Part shown: one piece after another, positions 30,401 through 32,000 of the stretch | Numbering within the stretch: position 1 is the stretch's first letter | Layout: the number at the start of each line of letters is the position of its first letter | NCBI GenBank assembly: GCA_000008085.1 | Contig: AE017199.1 | Location: forward strand, 210,001-242,000 | Source of the DNA: Nanoarchaeum equitans Kin4-M | GTDB lineage: Archaea > Nanobdellota > Nanobdellia > Nanobdellales > Nanoarchaeaceae | Length of the DNA: 32,000 nt | Direction: 5' to 3' | Notes under the pieces: model-generated | Seen by the model: the letters and a program-made list of their open reading frames with translations, nothing else | What the model was told of the DNA's origin: nothing | The model's database searches: none | Made by a program: the position numbers and the translations under genes

Positions 30401-31066
30401 ATCTATTAATTGTTGATAATTTTTAGATAGTTTGACTAATTCTTCTGTTCTCTTTTTTTCCCATTCTATAGATTTACTAATGCCTTTCGATACACAATCG
30501 ATAGCGCTTTCTATTGCTGATACGATGCTGTCCGTTGATGCCATGGTATTCCCAGCAACAGAACAATCAACGGATGGAATATTCCCTTCTATGTTAATTA
30601 ATTTCCCTAAAGAACCCAAATTATTAAGTCTTTCTCTTATTTTTCTTTGGGTTTCATTTAAATAATCTCTTATTTCCCTAACTGGGGATAAAACTAAATT
30701 TGCTATCCTATATTTTAATGCTAAAGCCTTTTGTTCGCCTTGCGATAGTATATCACATACACTAGACAAAAACTGTGAAACCCCTTTTAATGGGTTATTT
30801 GATTCTATAAAGGATTCTACCAATTTAGTATTTGATACAACTCCTGATTTTTTCAAGAAGTTTAGTAAATAATCCAAATCTTTGAATTTATCATCTTTTT
30901 TCGGCAATTCACAAAAACTTTTATAGGTTTGTAATGCTATATGTTCTTCTTCTCCCGTAGCAGTATTTTTTACTTTCCAAACACAACAGCCATAGCTATC
31001 GGAAATAGCAATAGGAATAGAATTTAGCAATAATAAACTTAATAGTAGTGTAAACCTTGTTTTCAC
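24473..31066 (-). CDS. Giant secreted surface protein (2197 aa)
   Basis: GTG start at 31064-31066, signal peptide MKTRFTLLLSLLLLNSIPIAIS, coiled-coil-rich N-terminal half, Cys-rich beta-like C-terminal half, many N-x-S/T sequons. No family recognised. Confidence 0.85.
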   Translation of the reverse strand: MKTRFTLLLSLLLLNSIPIAISDSYGCCVWKVKNTATGEEEHIALQTYKSFCELPKKDDKFKDLDYLLNFLKKSGVVSNTKLVESFIESNNPLKGVSQFLSSVCDILSQGEQKALALKYRIANLVLSPVREIRDYLNETQRKIRERLNNLGSLGKLINIEGNIPSVDCSVAGNTMASTDSIVSAIESAIDCVSKGISKSIEWEKKRTEELVKLSKNYQQLIDNSSKLYEDLVKLKSTLFIDKFKCDTNITDITYTKDGLLVPCKLETINITAKTSLDWHISAFNISISYVENNYTVTFKYNNKDMVYLNYTCENNTISDISTTTTDNWINMFNPILDTKSIAELLNNNNIILRVNATLFDGSSASLYSTNITINNCIAQISTRSFKYPVYNISLEANGERIENPHIIGILNISYDTNPDNGIVNLSIGSLIPNNYSNIFKAQYIARKGIWNITESEAWFILEATSSGKTLKLKAFTELRANITNIERLENELSHVGINQLTFIKEKIDEAVKALKESLNISNYSCPALKKVLPKIKRRVLHELYKQINIDEIQKIIGLSDMNISLESCIELTKTNPNDPRYEQLLKECANQTTYYFGENNIDKAYFISKFLAYLYGDIDQSFLWYGITNCVTWYMWHTRYQCYKAMPPPICDSVIINVRNNLLSRNARNVLLSNIRNNSYATLSNYLIHYAAYKVVNDIVNEIINELNIDDFVQYNNKKELIKNWVSNSISHCLGEVDILMFLTANIDLERLYQQELQNYIALSVLTPLSIYSSNEVKYIREMVKSQLEMGLSSLDNKLEPIINTLLTNSLYNLAYSLSQVTSSLTNYFSSVVSSINSLVLPSTIGEIKLIDYKTLKAIALIPSSVEQAIINRLTNKVSYNILLECIDTKLSKAANAQIALAKLKGYLSIIEGIDPDSYPDKKAQLEQLISKVKEVKKIIEEQESTLKKDLDNTINLYKEFIKGSTEYINKGIENLASILNAEYKKFEELLLRTYQLVLNDLIGLVDDYLTLFDNKVELIINSIYARYKTCKESSKQLEKAIQNVGKAVDTIINTLSSVFGVLSTPTGTVQPKRIVEDAYFYVDSCNKIAKGSKNLLEILDGYQFIYNNNQFVFDKGLILDTFKKEFKALFYSLAGKEYKKEPIDSSSGTNENIIFPFLGETANGDKVDFSQVLAINRYNEIDIDNIMLNNISKAIEEIKSIKINVSYGVGLLPKDVFNYVNGTNQFNFNSLYVAGAFLDQLPFFPILRSLLLFYTPNSNIKRINICTINKEPCKPIIAYVTANAIPTIMSKLQQKLIGKMSSVNIEGEGECAIDSISANSENVMENIGKCLIEIFGNEENISLSIKRWYAITDIFCNESYKTKEKVIYIATPSKTFLIPFNGEIHINWSDNICKKLLEGWKDILSKMLGEKLETENKVVTVTPTSYAYSCYVNGVDSSSGTIKDIRVLSLDDKLVKGKCDSHEGFVTMQINGNKKTYTIIYKSIPNKAKLECDKTSIDIDPYITIYPTNGGYKITNGKTSIKVNNINCNINISNPDGSYEKISINLGNGIPNLRIIKIKDSSNTIYFAISDSKTPKLSDGCGKKESLPTPKYKVYSINLAANTWKLLEIGNKKVWLYDDGSKIYISKYPYVEYDMENKVVAYGNRIACYQPYNYYSSPNFEKSKTNCFTIEVSNKEIKAENEIKDIMGLFGCVFENPFAKAGYAIYNENGEGLKVVTMKDGTIVKQQNVPIFWNLIFREAVKTPIAPVLNNFSFSINGIMEHAVPNTFRAVRAIKLKSDNNIEYVNISYGESVSIEDGELLCTTEACYYNTGGTLYKIVEGEIGDRGALKVSKLSGSSWGNSGIDPDLYDTEFTYSGANIGKVVAVAKIIDPNNKRWELYVSKTGSGKTIKIDHPSPITIDNNNWYRKYSTFYAGSDSKYYYVNVTVLNGEVQHYSTGRQCVANEGGSCKMYNVFIDLIDKWIIKDNGGNYVEKQKPSQYACSYKNAYCYDYTNGGFKYEANIFISNNKIINPGDCNPVDKLCIVKEGNNYAIYGKYDSASYYKDGAHNTYKEPASADIFLVNTTDNKHIIFIPGFNKIECKTSSDGANYRGITISTNWVAMLIDNKGNVKLIGSGSPTTVNDPYLICNVSIGSNKYTIIKAPKENVVLSDGEEASPIITNDGYNYYILVNVNNLCIASSIYQCKSKSEETRFVEW

Positions 31067-31097
31067 TAATATATTGGATAGATAGCTTTTAATCTCT

Positions 31098-31114
31098 TTT
31101 GTCGCTACGACAAA
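31098..31114 (-). repeat. Perfect 7-bp inverted repeat with a 3-nt loop (TTTGTCG-TAG-CGACAAA on the minus strand)
   Basis: The loop is exactly the TAG stop codon of the 31105..31692 gene. Confidence 0.6.
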
Positions 31115-31692
31115 GTGAATAAAACTTTAATTTTCCCTATGTGGCTTTTTAAATATATGCTTTCACTATAAATGGGCCAAGTTTTATAACCATTTTTGTA
31201 TTGGTAACCCCATACAGAGCCATTTAGATAATGTATTTTTATATAATCGTCATAAACTAAAGCACAACCATTGTTTGCATACCATTTATTGTCTATTATA
31301 TCCCCAGAAGTCGCATTTATAAAGTGTGCTTCTATTATTGTCTCTGTATTAGTGCATACTTTTTTGTAATTTCCTATATCGAAATATAGGCATTTATAAC
31401 ATGTAGGGCTTTTACCTGTGGGGACTTCTTTTATCTCATAATAAACATAAATAGTATTATTAAGGCATTGGATTGTAAAGCTATTATTAGTTAAATTGTT
31501 ATAAATGCTATCCCAATTAAAATTGTTATTGCTTAGAAATTTGTATAAACAATAGCGATAAACCATTTTATTGGCAAAATCGTAGCTTTCCAAATAGGCA
31601 CTATAGATATCGTTATAAATATAATGAGTATAGATCATTGAAAGCATAGTGATAAACAAAGAAGAAGAGACTAATAGATCAAACCAGTTCAT
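31105..31692 (-). CDS. Secreted/pilin-like hypothetical protein with N-terminal TM helix
   Basis: MNWFDLLVSSSLFITMLSMIYTHYIYNDIYSAYLES then Cys-containing soluble domain; immediately upstream of the giant gene on the same strand. Confidence 0.65.
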   Translation of the reverse strand: MNWFDLLVSSSLFITMLSMIYTHYIYNDIYSAYLESYDFANKMVYRYCLYKFLSNNNFNWDSIYNNLTNNSFTIQCLNNTIYVYYEIKEVPTGKSPTCYKCLYFDIGNYKKVCTNTETIIEAHFINATSGDIIDNKWYANNGCALVYDDYIKIHYLNGSVWGYQYKNGYKTWPIYSESIYLKSHIGKIKVLFTLS

Positions 31693-32000
31693 GGCTTAAG
31701 TATTGTAGTACAAGTGCTTTCTCCGAAATCAGTTTTTATTTTTGCGGTAATTGGTTTGTTAACTTCTAAAGGCAATACTACTTTTCCTGCTATTGCATTA
31801 TAGATTTTATTCCCTATGGTTACTGGGCCTTGGTATGGGTTACCATCAACATATAATGATAATACCATTGTAGATTTAGATTGTTGTGACAGAGTACATT
31901 TTATCGTTGGGGGCAATACAAATAAAGTATAAGCGGTAATACCAATCAAAAACATTATTGATGCATGTTTTATTGTGTCTGCTATGTTACCCCCTACAAC
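31689..32000 (-). CDS. Small membrane-anchored protein, 5'-truncated by the window edge
   Basis: The frame stays open from the listed start (31955) to the window end (VVGGNIADTIKHASIMFLIGITAYTLFVLPPTIKC...); 4-bp overlap with the 31105..31692 gene. Confidence 0.6.
   Translation of the reverse strand, partial: VVGGNIADTIKHASIMFLIGITAYTLFVLPPTIKCTLSQQSKSTMVLSLYVDGNPYQGPVTIGNKIYNAIAGKVVLPLEVNKPITAKIKTDFGESTCTTILKP

Noticed and set aside
24920-30665. Plus-strand ORFs inside the giant surface gene
   Set aside because: All are antisense to a single uninterrupted 2197-codon frame with signal peptide and consistent composition.
1-32000. CRISPR array, transposase/integrase or long tandem DNA repeats
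   Set aside because: No regularly spaced direct repeats and no transposase, integrase or Cas motifs in any listed translation.

Overview
This is a dense, AT-rich archaeal window with very frequent AUA codons. It looks like a nanoarchaeal or other DPANN symbiont or episymbiont; that assignment is inference. It encodes informational genes (leuS, DNA polymerase D small subunit, uL6, uS7, N-terminal-only gatE, pth2, uS4, rrp41, valS, rad50, uL24, a tRNA-splicing-endonuclease-like subunit, uL29, eIF1, A-type ATP synthase subunit B). It also encodes several lineage-specific membrane or secreted proteins, including a 2197-aa secreted protein. The most interesting part is the tRNA biology. (i) An isolated 5' half of a split tRNA-His(GUG), at about 11794-11830, is cut exactly after position 37 and followed by a GC-rich trailer and a T-run, with no 3' half in the window. 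(ii) A tRNA-Ile(UAU) gene carries a 19-nt intron at 37/38 with a relaxed bulge-helix-bulge. (iii) The window contains an EndA-family ORF that appears to lack the catalytic His. (iv) An identical TTTAAATAT box lies exactly 26 bp upstream of the first nucleotide of both tRNA transcripts, as expected for leaderless tRNA transcription such as that described in RNase P-less Nanoarchaeum equitans. Two further observations stand out. GatE ends before its AspRS-like insertion domain. Downstream of the giant surface gene, overlapping open frames linked by three same-direction +1 shifts end in a dockerin/EF-hand-like calcium loop. No CRISPR array or transposon was seen.
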